Below are positions 19,781-29,310 of a stretch of 64,000 bases of DNA, piece after piece. The translations under genes and the position numbers were made by a program. This DNA comes from a virus (lineage: Duplodnaviria > Heunggongvirae > Uroviricota > Caudoviricetes), in IMG/VR virus record IMGVR_UViG_3300021400_005610; one strand, 5' to 3'. The notes below the pieces were generated by a model. It made no database searches. It worked only from the letters and a program-made list of their open reading frames with translations, and was not told where the DNA came from. Numbering within the stretch: position 1 is the stretch's first letter; each line of letters begins with the position of its first letter.

Positions 19781-20122
19781 ATGTATAATGTTATCTTAAG
19801 TGCAACGATTGGTAAGTTTATCGGTGCTCTGCAGGGTTCCCTTGCTAACTATGCACTGATGATTGCTTCTCTGATTGGTATCGCGATGGTTGTCGTAGGT
19901 ATCTTCCAGCTTGCAAAGAACCTTATCTCCCATGGTAAGGGTCAGGCGAACTGGGCTGTTACATTTGGACTGATTATCGTTGGTTCCATGGTTGCCATGG
20001 GAACTGGTTGGAAGTTCGTTGGTGACATGGGTAAGACTGGTGGTAAAACTCTTGATGACGCAGCTATTAGTGGTCAGGCTGATGATTCCACTGGTGACTT
20101 CACAAGCGACCCGTTCAATTAA
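19781..20122 (+). CDS. small two-TM membrane protein, VirB2/TrbC- or TcpE-like (copy 1)
   Basis: 113 aa with two hydrophobic helices separated by HGKGQ and a Gly-rich acidic tail. AAAGGAGG RBS. About 90% identical to the downstream paralog. Confidence 0.6.
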   Translation: MYNVILSATIGKFIGALQGSLANYALMIASLIGIAMVVVGIFQLAKNLISHGKGQANWAVTFGLIIVGSMVAMGTGWKFVGDMGKTGGKTLDDAAISGQADDSTGDFTSDPFN

Positions 20123-20143
20123 TTTGATTTGATTTGATTGGAC

Positions 20144-20178
20144 AGACCCTTAATGTTCATCATTAAGGGTCTTTTTTC
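20144..20178 (+). terminator. rho-independent terminator
   Basis: gacccttaatg...cattaagggtc hairpin plus TTTTTT. Confidence 0.7.
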
Positions 20179-20227
20179 CAGTAAGGAATTATGTTGATTG
20201 TTGCAAAATAAAGTTTTATTTTGTGAC

Positions 20228-20255
20228 TTGCGAATTTAAAAACATGTGATATAAT
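20228..20255 (+). promoter_or_regulatory. promoter (TTGCGA-16-TATAAT) for paralog 2
   Basis: -10 TATAAT at 20250-20255 with a TG extension, and -35 TTGCGA. Confidence 0.45.
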
Positions 20256-20336
20256 GTAGTAGAAGCAGTTGATAAGATTGCTTTTGTTTATATTATTGAA
20301 ATCACATGGAATGCGTGTAGAAAGGAGAAAGACGCC

Positions 20337-20678
20337 ATGTACAATGTTATCTTAAGTGCAACGATTGGTAAGTTTATCGGTGCTTTGCAGGGTTCTCTTG
20401 CTAACTATGCACTGATGATTGCTTCGTTGATTGGTATCGCGATGGTTGTCGTTGGTATCTTCCAGCTTGCTAAGAACCTTATCTCTCATGGTAAGGGTCA
20501 GACTAACTGGGCTGTTACCTTTGGATTGATTATCGTTGGTTCCATGGTTGCCATGGGTACTGGTTGGAAGTTCGTCGGTGATATGGGTAAGACTGGTGGT
20601 AAGACACTTAGTAGTGCAGCAATCACTGGTAAGGCCGATGATCAGAAGGGCGACTTTACGAGCGATCCATTTAACTAA
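20337..20678 (+). CDS. small two-TM membrane protein, VirB2/TcpE-like (copy 2, tandem paralog)
   Basis: Near-identical to 19781-20122 including the RBS region. It has its own terminator at 20701-20740. Confidence 0.6.
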   Translation: MYNVILSATIGKFIGALQGSLANYALMIASLIGIAMVVVGIFQLAKNLISHGKGQTNWAVTFGLIIVGSMVAMGTGWKFVGDMGKTGGKTLSSAAITGKADDQKGDFTSDPFN

Positions 20679-20700
20679 TTTTATTATAATTTGATTGGAT

Positions 20701-20740
20701 AGACCCTTAAAGATTTTTCTTTAAGGGTCTTTTTTTTTCT
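20701..20740 (+). terminator. rho-independent terminator
   Basis: agacccttaaag...ctttaagggtct hairpin plus T9. Confidence 0.7.
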
Positions 20741-20818
20741 TTTTTTGTGTGTTATAATGTTTCTAGCATTTACTTGATAAATGAGAGCAAATTGTTTTTA
20801 TGAAAGGAGTTCATACAT

Positions 20819-22153
20819 ATGTCGTTTCTGCGAAAGGTCGTTGGATCTCATTATGCTATTGAGCGCTTTGGTATTTTATTCCTTACATTGATGTTTTGTA
20901 TGGGCTTATTGGTAAGCTCTATTTTCGGAAAACAAGTGGAATATAATAACAAGGCTTTGTCTGGTAATGCGATTTATACACGTAGTTTTACGATGTCCCA
21001 GACAAAGAGTACAGGTTCTGTCATTGGTGTTTATACGAACAATGATAGGACAAAATGTTTTGTGCTTTTGCAATTTCAAGATATGTCAATGCTGCCTATT
21101 GATGCTAATGATTATACTATGTTCTTGACAGGTTCATCCAAGGGTGGTGCAAATGAAGAATTGAAGTCTACTCCGTCAGGAATGTTTTATCTGTTTGGTA
21201 GTACTGGCTATGCGGGTATTTATCTGCAAGATATTAATGGTTTCCCGTCACAGATTGTGAATCTGTATTTGCGTGCTACATCAAACTTTACAGGTAGTAC
21301 AGCGTCTGGTTATTCTGATAAAACTTTTGAAAATTATAATCAGGCATCTATTTATTTCAATCCAGGGGGATTGTATGCTACACATGCTAACTTCTTGGAA
21401 GGTCAGTGGTCTATCTTCGACATGGTTGAAGAAATTATGACTCGTTCAAGAGAGAAATCTATTCGTACTCAGTTACGTTCAGATTTGTATGAAATGGCAA
21501 AACAGCAGTTGTTAATTCAGGAATATAAGACTCGTTTGGATAGTTACGGTGTTGTTATTCCAGAACTTCCTGAATCTGTCGATGATGAGATTTATGCGAT
21601 TTCTTCGAAAGATTCCACAAAGAGCCGTCTGCATTATATTTCCGAATATGGTGGCGGCTGGGTCAGTGATGATGGCAAAGTTGCAGAAAAGTCAGTCGAG
21701 AATTTGGTATTCTATTTGGATAGTGATTATGTGCTTCCGAAGGGATATGATTTCAACTGGCAAGATGGTCGTATTTTAACGGGTTATCTTGAATATCTGT
21801 CTGGATATTCTGATTTGCAGCATTGGCTGTCATACATGTATGAAGTAGCGAATGATTCCAGAAAGGATACATTCCTTGATACTATGTCACGTATGTCGTG
21901 GGTTATGACAGATGGTTCTGTTGCGCCTACATTGATAGGAAATGCTGCTGCCAATTATTCTCAGAGAGAGAAAGAGATTTCGACTACGATCGATGCATTT
22001 AAGACTGCATTGACGCAGTATCATACTCTGAAGGAACAGTATGAATTGACAGATTTGAATTCATTGTTGCAGTTGGAATTGGACGGTCGTACATCTCTTG
22101 ATTCTTACACCGTTAATACAGGTGAGAAGGGTCCTGTTCTGACAATTTGGTAA
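20819..22153 (+). CDS. membrane-anchored conjugation-module protein, hypothetical
   Basis: 444 aa with an N-terminal TM FGILFLTLMFCMGLLVSSIF followed by a soluble domain. Confidence 0.5.
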   Translation: MSFLRKVVGSHYAIERFGILFLTLMFCMGLLVSSIFGKQVEYNNKALSGNAIYTRSFTMSQTKSTGSVIGVYTNNDRTKCFVLLQFQDMSMLPIDANDYTMFLTGSSKGGANEELKSTPSGMFYLFGSTGYAGIYLQDINGFPSQIVNLYLRATSNFTGSTASGYSDKTFENYNQASIYFNPGGLYATHANFLEGQWSIFDMVEEIMTRSREKSIRTQLRSDLYEMAKQQLLIQEYKTRLDSYGVVIPELPESVDDEIYAISSKDSTKSRLHYISEYGGGWVSDDGKVAEKSVENLVFYLDSDYVLPKGYDFNWQDGRILTGYLEYLSGYSDLQHWLSYMYEVANDSRKDTFLDTMSRMSWVMTDGSVAPTLIGNAAANYSQREKEISTTIDAFKTALTQYHTLKEQYELTDLNSLLQLELDGRTSLDSYTVNTGEKGPVLTIW

Positions 22154-22211
22154 TGATAGTTGAGTTCAGAACGGCATATATTAAATTCTCAAGAAAGGAG
22201 GACGGTGTATA

Positions 22212-24059
22212 ATGGCTGAGACAGATAATAATCTCAAGAAGGCACAACCTGTATCTGCAGATCCTGTATCAGATGGTTCAGGTAGTGATTCTGGTGCAGA
22301 AAAGCCTGTTGCTCATACCAATGCTGGTAATTTTGTTGCACAGGCTAAAGATTTTGCAGGTTCAGCTGCCAACACGGCTGGTGGTGCTATGAAAAATGCT
22401 TTTTATAGCGCAAAGAACAGTTGGTTTGGTATTAGACCTGTGACTGTAGCCATTTCTAACGGTGTTGGAAAGGCTGCATCATTCATGAATATTTCAAAGA
22501 AATCAATGGGCATCGCATTGGCAGTGATCCTCTTGGGCGGTGGTTCAGCAGGTGTAATTGGTCTTGTTAATTATCAGCATCAACAGTTGATTTTTAAGCA
22601 GGAGGATTATTATGATCCTTGTGCAGACGAGTTAGCTGATGCTGAGAAAGGTAAAAAGGTTACTACAGCACCTGGTGATGTAAATGCTCAGGTTATGGAA
22701 AATGCAAAGATTGCGTGGGCTCTTGGTAAAGCATATGGTATGACGGACGAACAGTGTGCTGGTATGCTTGGTAATATGCAGCAGGAGTCTGGTTTTGATC
22801 CATATTCAGTTGAAGCTATTTTTGATGAACCGTTCCAGATTGGACCGAGGAAAGCGGCTTTGTTTACGAGTGATTTTAATAATATCACGCCAGCTATGGA
22901 AGAATGGACAAAGGCTTTGCCTGGAAAGTATTCGGTGTCGATTAACTTAGAGGCGTATCGTTTTAGTGATGGCCGTTATTGTGCAGGTCTTGGTCTGATT
23001 GGTTTTACAGGCCCATATGCCGAGGATTTGATGGCAACGGCAGCATCTGAAGGCAAGGAATGGTTCGATTATAATATTCAGTTAGCTGAAATGATTAGTG
23101 GTGGTGAGCATAATTCTTGGCGTTTTAATAAGTTTTTGCAGGATGATGCTCATGCAAATTCGGTTGATGATGCGACCGCCGCTTGGTATGGTTATATGGA
23201 ACGTGGTATGGACCATCCTGTTTACGATACTATGACTGGTGGTTTTACTCAGCGTGCTCGTTATGCACACGACTGGTATGAGAGATTGTCACCAATGTCG
23301 AATCAGATTGCTCGTGAGTATGGTGATGTAGCTGATGATGTTATGGCATTGGTTGAAAAGTTGAATGCTGCTCATGGCGCTGGTGTTTTGACACGTAAGG
23401 CTGCTGGTAAGCATGCTGATATGCTGTCCGAAGAGTGTGGTCTTGAAGAAGAAAAGTATGATAATTCTTCATTGGCTGCCGCAGCGGTTGCGTATGCATG
23501 GCCAACGAGAGAAGCTGGTCGTTGTAATGATGGTACTCAGTTATATCAAGAGGTTCATGATGCTGTAGCGCCTGGTGATCCTTGGTATCAGTCTTGTGAC
23601 CGTGGTGTCACAACGGCGGTTCGTTGGTCTGGTGCTGACGATAATATGGACATGGGTGCTTGTACGAATATTATGGCTCATTGTGTTGCAAATCCAGATT
23701 TGTGGGACGATCTTGGTGTATATGGTTCTTCTATCACATATGACCAGTTGGAGCCTGGTGATATTCTTTGTGGTCCTCACCATGTTCATATGTATACAGG
23801 CTATGAAGAAATTGCTAAGAAGTATCCTGATGCACCGAGTGATTACAATACGGTATCTGCTTCTATTGGTGATCAGCAGCGGAATGGTGGTCCTGGCACA
23901 GGTACAACGAGTAGATCGCCTGGTTGTTGTAATGGTATTGGCCCGTCCAATATTGAAAATATGAGTGACTGGGGTGTTGCGCATATCTATCGTTATAAAG
24001 GCGATTATAGTGGTGCATTGAAAAATGCTTATACAGGTAATGCCAGTGGTACTTCTTAA
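22212..24059 (+). CDS. bifunctional peptidoglycan hydrolase (lysozyme-like domain + C-terminal NlpC/P60-CHAP-like domain), VirB1/CwlT analogue
   Basis: TM anchor MGIALAVILLGGGSAGVIGLV, then the AWALGKAYGMTDEQCAGMLGNMQQESGFDPY phage-tail-lysozyme-like motif. The C-terminal Cys/His papain-like segment is ...QSCDRGV...HHVHMYTG. Confidence 0.7.
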   Translation: MAETDNNLKKAQPVSADPVSDGSGSDSGAEKPVAHTNAGNFVAQAKDFAGSAANTAGGAMKNAFYSAKNSWFGIRPVTVAISNGVGKAASFMNISKKSMGIALAVILLGGGSAGVIGLVNYQHQQLIFKQEDYYDPCADELADAEKGKKVTTAPGDVNAQVMENAKIAWALGKAYGMTDEQCAGMLGNMQQESGFDPYSVEAIFDEPFQIGPRKAALFTSDFNNITPAMEEWTKALPGKYSVSINLEAYRFSDGRYCAGLGLIGFTGPYAEDLMATAASEGKEWFDYNIQLAEMISGGEHNSWRFNKFLQDDAHANSVDDATAAWYGYMERGMDHPVYDTMTGGFTQRARYAHDWYERLSPMSNQIAREYGDVADDVMALVEKLNAAHGAGVLTRKAAGKHADMLSEECGLEEEKYDNSSLAAAAVAYAWPTREAGRCNDGTQLYQEVHDAVAPGDPWYQSCDRGVTTAVRWSGADDNMDMGACTNIMAHCVANPDLWDDLGVYGSSITYDQLEPGDILCGPHHVHMYTGYEEIAKKYPDAPSDYNTVSASIGDQQRNGGPGTGTTSRSPGCCNGIGPSNIENMSDWGVAHIYRYKGDYSGALKNAYTGNASGTS

Positions 24060-24073
24060 TGAGGTGAATGTCT

Positions 24074-24832
24074 ATGAAAAAGCGTGTTGATTATATTCGA
24101 GTCGTTTGGACTTGTATATGTGCTGTTCTGTGCATTGTGGGGGCTGTGTTCTTCATGAATGCACAGAACGCAGTCAACAGAGTTGGCGATGAAGAGATTG
24201 TTGATCGTCCTGATGTCGTACAACCTGTTACAAATGTTCCAAAGGCTGTTGTTGGTCAGACGGTTACGGCTGAACAACGTCATTTAGATTATACTGAGGT
24301 AGAAAAATCTGTTGAACATGTGGCTACCCTTCAGAATGAATATGCTGTAATTGTTCATGGTTGGGATGAAAAGCCCGAAACTTATGATGCATGGGCAAAT
24401 GGTATTCGTGAGTGTGCTGATGAGCTTCGTGCAATGTCTTCCGATATCGGATGGTTTGTTGATGTTTGGTTCCCTTGGGATAAGAAATTTGATGACCGTG
24501 TGCATTGGGAAGGTTATGTAGATCATTCTGATGTGTTAACAGATTATATTCCTGTGGTATGGCTTTGTCGTAATGATAAAGGCGAGATTTTAGGATATAC
24601 CAAAGCATTTTATGGTTGTGCTGATGGGTTGTATTCAGGCGGTACTCGTACATATACGATATATGGTAGCGCTTGGTTAGCCTATACAGATGAACGACCT
24701 GTAGATTCAGCGAAAGATGAACGTACAGTGCTTGGTAATGTTTACGATATTTTGGAGCGTAAGGGAGCATTACCTCCTGGAACGAACAAAGAGGATTTTG
24801 TTTCGTATGGAGAGGATGGTGATGCAGAATGA
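24074..24832 (+). CDS. bitopic membrane protein, hypothetical (T4SS scaffold candidate)
   Basis: N-terminal TM VWTCICAVLCIVGAVFF. ATG 24074 has better RBS spacing than ATG 24068. Confidence 0.5.
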   Translation: MKKRVDYIRVVWTCICAVLCIVGAVFFMNAQNAVNRVGDEEIVDRPDVVQPVTNVPKAVVGQTVTAEQRHLDYTEVEKSVEHVATLQNEYAVIVHGWDEKPETYDAWANGIRECADELRAMSSDIGWFVDVWFPWDKKFDDRVHWEGYVDHSDVLTDYIPVVWLCRNDKGEILGYTKAFYGCADGLYSGGTRTYTIYGSAWLAYTDERPVDSAKDERTVLGNVYDILERKGALPPGTNKEDFVSYGEDGDAE

Positions 24833-25482
24833 ATAAAGTAACAGCTTTTTTTCAGAGTAATTTTTGGAAGCGTTTTGGTATAGGTTTCGTGTTGCTTGTA
24901 TTAACTGGTGGATTTTTTCTGGCAGGTGTGATTACAACGTCACGAGCAGCAAAGACGGATGTCGATCAGACGCAACAGGGTGTAACGGATGAAGAACAGC
25001 AAGCGATTGTTGATAATCGTGCGCAAACTATCGCAGACGTGAAGACCGTTTCTGGTGCGGATGTCAGTCGAAAAGACAATGATGATAGGATTGCATCATC
25101 TTTATTTCAGTATGCCACTACGTGGGATTCTGAAGATTCGTATGCGGTATCAAGAAGTAATCTTCTTCGTAAATTTGAATATTTAGACGAAGATTGCATG
25201 CTGTTAAGTCAGTTTTTTCCGCCTCTCGAATCTATGATTACAAAGGATGCTTCTGGTAATGTTATATATAACCCATTTAATTATGGTATCAATTTGCAGT
25301 TTGTTTCTATGCAAACATGGGTTATTGCTATTGATGGTGATATATATACGTATTTCGGGGAAGTAGAAGTTCAGTCCAGTGGACCGTATGGCGGTTCTGC
25401 AACAGGTCATGTTGCAACGATGTATAGCACGGATAAGGATGGGCACATCATTAATCCTATATGTTATATGGTTGGAGTGTAA
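24829..25482 (+). CDS. bitopic membrane protein, hypothetical
   Basis: N-terminal TM FGIGFVLLVLTGGFFLAGVI. Start overlaps the upstream stop. Confidence 0.5.
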   Translation: MNKVTAFFQSNFWKRFGIGFVLLVLTGGFFLAGVITTSRAAKTDVDQTQQGVTDEEQQAIVDNRAQTIADVKTVSGADVSRKDNDDRIASSLFQYATTWDSEDSYAVSRSNLLRKFEYLDEDCMLLSQFFPPLESMITKDASGNVIYNPFNYGINLQFVSMQTWVIAIDGDIYTYFGEVEVQSSGPYGGSATGHVATMYSTDKDGHIINPICYMVGV

Positions 25483-25555
25483 TTTTCTATTGATTTTGAA
25501 ATATAGACGTGCTATAATATTTTCATAAATGAGAGTTTTTTGGAGGACTGAGCTT

Positions 25556-26203
25556 ATGGGTGATTTAACCAAAAAGATTGTTCGATATGGTGCGATCGCT
25601 GTGGGCATTATCTTTCTGATTATCGTGGTATTACGTTTTGGTAAGGCATTTACGAGTTTTCAAACAGATATGAGTGATGCAGACTTGCGTATTGCAAACT
25701 ATCAAAAAGAGATTATGTCCGAAAACGCAAAGTTAGAAGAAGCTGATAACGCGTTGGAGGCTTCAAAGACTGGCGTATATAGCATGAAAGATCCTGGTAC
25801 CGCTGTGGCTGTGTTACAGACCAAGATGGTTACCATGCCAATATCAATTAAATTGGCTAAACAAGAGGAATTGAATGATAAGCAACAGTCGTTAACGGAT
25901 GCGCAACATTCGTTAGGCGATTATTTCTCGGACAATGAATCTCGTGTTTGGTTTTCATATAATCAGCCAAATACAGGTCGTCTGGTTTGGAAGTGTATTA
26001 CAACGTATGATACGAAACAAACCGATTTGAAGGGTGTATGGATTTGTTACGCAAATAATGCGACAGATACACAGTTGGTCGCATATGCAACTGCTGATTA
26101 TAATGTAGAAACGAAGCTCTTTTCAAATGCTAAGGTCTATGTTACGGAGTATGGTAAAACTCTTTTGTTAGTAGATGAGGAGGGCGACGAATATGGCGAT
26201 TAA
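25556..26203 (+). CDS. bitopic membrane protein, hypothetical
   Basis: GGAGGA RBS. TM YGAIAVGIIFLIIVVL. Preceded by a TTGATT-18-TGcTATAAT promoter-like site. Confidence 0.5.
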   Translation: MGDLTKKIVRYGAIAVGIIFLIIVVLRFGKAFTSFQTDMSDADLRIANYQKEIMSENAKLEEADNALEASKTGVYSMKDPGTAVAVLQTKMVTMPISIKLAKQEELNDKQQSLTDAQHSLGDYFSDNESRVWFSYNQPNTGRLVWKCITTYDTKQTDLKGVWICYANNATDTQLVAYATADYNVETKLFSNAKVYVTEYGKTLLLVDEEGDEYGD

Positions 26204-26867
26204 ACGAGGTCGTAAGAGAAATTCAATGACTACGGCCATTTGGCGTGAACGTATTCAATGGGTTGGTGAGTTCATTAAGAATGGTCTTATTGGTTGGTTG
26301 ATTTGTTTTGTTGCTATAGGTTTCTTGATTGCCTCCAATATTGTTATTGGTGGTTGGAATCAGCAATTACAAACAAAATTGGCTGAGGTGAACAGTCTTG
26401 CCGCATCGTTGAATGATGTTTTGGTTCGTAATCAGCGTGCTACGGATTCTGTAAAATATCAGTTAACTAGTATTGACTTGGATCGTGTGGCACAAGATAA
26501 TTCTGTATATGAACCTTTGGTTCAGAAGATGTTCACTTGGGATAACACGACATATCGTTCTGTGGCGGATGAGATTGACACTCGATATGATTTCGATGAT
26601 ACTTACGTGCGTTTTGCACAACGTAGTATTAGAGAATGGTATAGTCGACATCCGAATGATAAGACGACAATTTTCTGGTCAGAATTTGTTTCATACCGTT
26701 CTTATGTTAAGAGTTATGCTGCAGAAACGTATGTATATGTTGGAGAGATTGAAACTCGTCAGATGGATGCTGATCAGGTCGAAAAAACTGTCAGATATGT
26801 TATGACATATGCTGTACAGAAGGACGGTGCAATTCGTATTGATGGGTTACAAAAAATTGTAGATTGA
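26193..26867 (+). CDS. bitopic membrane protein, VirB8-like candidate
   Basis: GAGGAGGG RBS. N-terminal TM GLIGWLICFVAIGFLIASNIVIGGW followed by a soluble domain. Function is by architecture only. Confidence 0.45.
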   Translation: MAIKRGRKRNSMTTAIWRERIQWVGEFIKNGLIGWLICFVAIGFLIASNIVIGGWNQQLQTKLAEVNSLAASLNDVLVRNQRATDSVKYQLTSIDLDRVAQDNSVYEPLVQKMFTWDNTTYRSVADEIDTRYDFDDTYVRFAQRSIREWYSRHPNDKTTIFWSEFVSYRSYVKSYAAETYVYVGEIETRQMDADQVEKTVRYVMTYAVQKDGAIRIDGLQKIVD

Positions 26868-26905
26868 TAGTTATTAATTGAAAGGTATTGAAAGGGTCGT
26901 GAATT

Positions 26906-27340
26906 ATGAGCGTTAAGAACAAAGATGTTAATGTAGAAAACAAGTCGAATGATACGGTTACTGCTTCAAAGACAGGTGGCAATCATGCATCTCTGCTCCG
27001 CAAAGTAATTGCGGTAATGATTACATTTGTTGCGATGATTTTATTGATTGCTGAGACATATACTTATGTCACATGGTTTGTGCCATGGATTTCCATCAAT
27101 ATTTTTCAGATTACTGGCATTGCGGTGGCCGATGGCTTGACATTTTCCGAATTTTCCGTTGGTGATACGGTAGTCATGATTATGATGTGGTTGTTACCAT
27201 CTTTGGCTATGGTTGGTATCACAACGGCTTGCCAGTGGGTATTTATTAAATGGGTTGTTCGTAAGTTAAAAAAGATTTGTACGAACGCTTTTTTCAGGAA
27301 GTATACAAATGATATTAACACGAATAATAAAACGCTGTGA
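26906..27340 (+). CDS. small polytopic membrane protein, hypothetical
   Basis: 144 aa with three hydrophobic helices. Confidence 0.5.
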   Translation: MSVKNKDVNVENKSNDTVTASKTGGNHASLLRKVIAVMITFVAMILLIAETYTYVTWFVPWISINIFQITGIAVADGLTFSEFSVGDTVVMIMMWLLPSLAMVGITTACQWVFIKWVVRKLKKICTNAFFRKYTNDINTNNKTL

Positions 27341-27389
27341 CAGAGTTTGTTGCGAAGCGTAAGTGAAAAGAAAGGAGCAAATTACAGTT

Positions 27390-29045
27390 ATGAGTATGCG
27401 ACTTCAGGCGAAACTTCTCGACAAGCTTTCGTCCCATATTGAAGAATCGTACTTGAGGAACGAAGATACGATTATTCTTCACAATGTACCTGCTGAGATG
27501 GTTTTTGTGGCCTCGCAGGGTTTCATGGAACATGAATCTCAGAAACACGATTACCTGCCTTGTTATCATATGACGGGTAAGATTACGGAAGTTCGTGGTG
27601 ATTTTCCGTTTAATGTTTCAGCTGTCTATTTTAGTGCGGCAGATGACCAGAGGATGATGAAGGATATTATTTATTATCCGAGTCCTGAGGAATTGGCACA
27701 TATTATTCAGACAGGTAAGTTTTATTCAAAACACTTTCAGATTCCGCAGATTTTAAGTCAGAATACTTATAATCTGCCGTGTTTGGTAGATTTGATGATT
27801 GTTCCGCCACCAAATCAGGTTGCGTATGAGAACAATCTCGCCAACAACTTTGTGGATCTTGAAGAGGAAGACAAGGTGAACCTTCCGATTGTTTATATCG
27901 GTATTTTGGGTACAGGTGTCGATCGTCGTAGAGATAAGTTGCTGGATTATTATGGTATTGATGTTGAGCCAGGATATCAGAGTTTCTTGTTGACGGCTGA
28001 ATCGTCTGGTTATACAGACCCTCCGTTGCTTGCATATATGCAGGAACCTGTTATCGAAGAGCAGGAAGAGCGCGAGAATATGGCTCAGTATTACATCACT
28101 CCAGAAGAAGAAGCACAGATGCTTCATTCTCAGCAGGAACAGAGAGCGAGAGAAGAGAAAGCAGCTATGGCTCAGGTTTCTCTCGATGCTCAGGCAGATT
28201 TCCATCAGGCGTCGCCAGAAGATGCAGTTATTGCACAGGCAGACCGTGCCGTTCTGCGTCGTATGGAAGCCAAGTTTGGCAATACCCGCGTAATGTCGCT
28301 TGATGCAAAGCGTGAGTTTGATAAGCAACAGGCTGCACAGGAAGCTGCGGAAGCGTTAGCTGAACCTGAGGAGCAGAAGTTGACTGAACCTGATACGAAT
28401 GAGCAGAAGGCAGAAGTCAAGATGGATCTTAGCGCCGAATCGAATACTTATGTAACAGAGGCTCGTGAAGAGAAGAAGGAACATGAAGAACAGGGAGAAC
28501 CTGTTGAGGATCATTATGAAGTAGCGAAAGAGCAGGGTGCTGATGTCAAGGATGCTGAAGAGCAGACGAAGATTGATGAAGCCCATGCAAAGGATATTGC
28601 TCTTGATGCGGCTCGTGAGAAGCAGCAGGCTGCAGTTGCAGCGGATGATGCACAGAAGGCTGGTCAGAATGGTGTAGCGGAATCTCGTTTGGGTGAGCCC
28701 GATACACCTCAGAAGAAGGCTGATGTTAAGATGGATCTGAATCCAGAGTTTAATCAGCAGACTCAGCCTGGTGGTCAGAAGAAGGACAAGGCTAATACTC
28801 AACAGACTCAGGATGTTATGAAGGCTGATAATTTCGAGCTGGAGCATAAGGAAGGTGCTGATGTATCGGATGCTCGTGCGCAGACGAAGGTTGATGAAGC
28901 TCGTGCAAGGGATGCCGCAAGGGATACCGCTGTTGGCAAGCAGCAGGAGCATCGTGAAGCGCCTGACACAATGAAAGATATTACGGAGCAGTATGATAAA
29001 TCGAAATCTGACGCTCAGGCAGGGAACGAATCGGAGTACATTTAA
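27390..29045 (+). CDS. acidic protein with ~100 aa internal repeats, hypothetical
   Basis: AAAGGAG RBS. The C-terminal half is highly acidic with two related repeats (EPDT(N/P)..K(A/K)(E/D)VKMDL... ending Q/TKVDEAR/HAKD). A GC-rich terminator hairpin follows at 29059-29092. Confidence 0.55.
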   Translation: MSMRLQAKLLDKLSSHIEESYLRNEDTIILHNVPAEMVFVASQGFMEHESQKHDYLPCYHMTGKITEVRGDFPFNVSAVYFSAADDQRMMKDIIYYPSPEELAHIIQTGKFYSKHFQIPQILSQNTYNLPCLVDLMIVPPPNQVAYENNLANNFVDLEEEDKVNLPIVYIGILGTGVDRRRDKLLDYYGIDVEPGYQSFLLTAESSGYTDPPLLAYMQEPVIEEQEERENMAQYYITPEEEAQMLHSQQEQRAREEKAAMAQVSLDAQADFHQASPEDAVIAQADRAVLRRMEAKFGNTRVMSLDAKREFDKQQAAQEAAEALAEPEEQKLTEPDTNEQKAEVKMDLSAESNTYVTEAREEKKEHEEQGEPVEDHYEVAKEQGADVKDAEEQTKIDEAHAKDIALDAAREKQQAAVAADDAQKAGQNGVAESRLGEPDTPQKKADVKMDLNPEFNQQTQPGGQKKDKANTQQTQDVMKADNFELEHKEGADVSDARAQTKVDEARARDAARDTAVGKQQEHREAPDTMKDITEQYDKSKSDAQAGNESEYI

Positions 29046-29096
29046 TTTGTCTCTCTGTAAACGGGGGCGGGAATGTCTGCCCGTCCCCGTTATTTT

Positions 29097-29303
29097 ATGA
29101 GAAGAAGGGAGGATGAACTTGTGGGTCCGAATTCAAAGAAAATGACACGTAAACAGTACGTGAATTATCGCCTGCGTGTTCTCCGTGAGTTATATATCGC
29201 TCCGCCCCCTAAAGAAAAGATTGAAGAAATGTTAGATGAAAAGAAAATGTCTGAGATAGCGGTTGATGCTGTATTTCTTCAGTGTATAAAGAATGCGAGG
29301 TGA
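29097..29303 (+). CDS. small basic protein, hypothetical (start uncertain; GTG 29121 or ATG 29142 alternatives)
   Basis: The ORF track frame is 29073-29303 and no strong RBS was found for any candidate start. Confidence 0.3.
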   Translation: MRRREDELVGPNSKKMTRKQYVNYRLRVLRELYIAPPPKEKIEEMLDEKKMSEIAVDAVFLQCIKNAR

Positions 29304-29310
29304 ATGAGCG

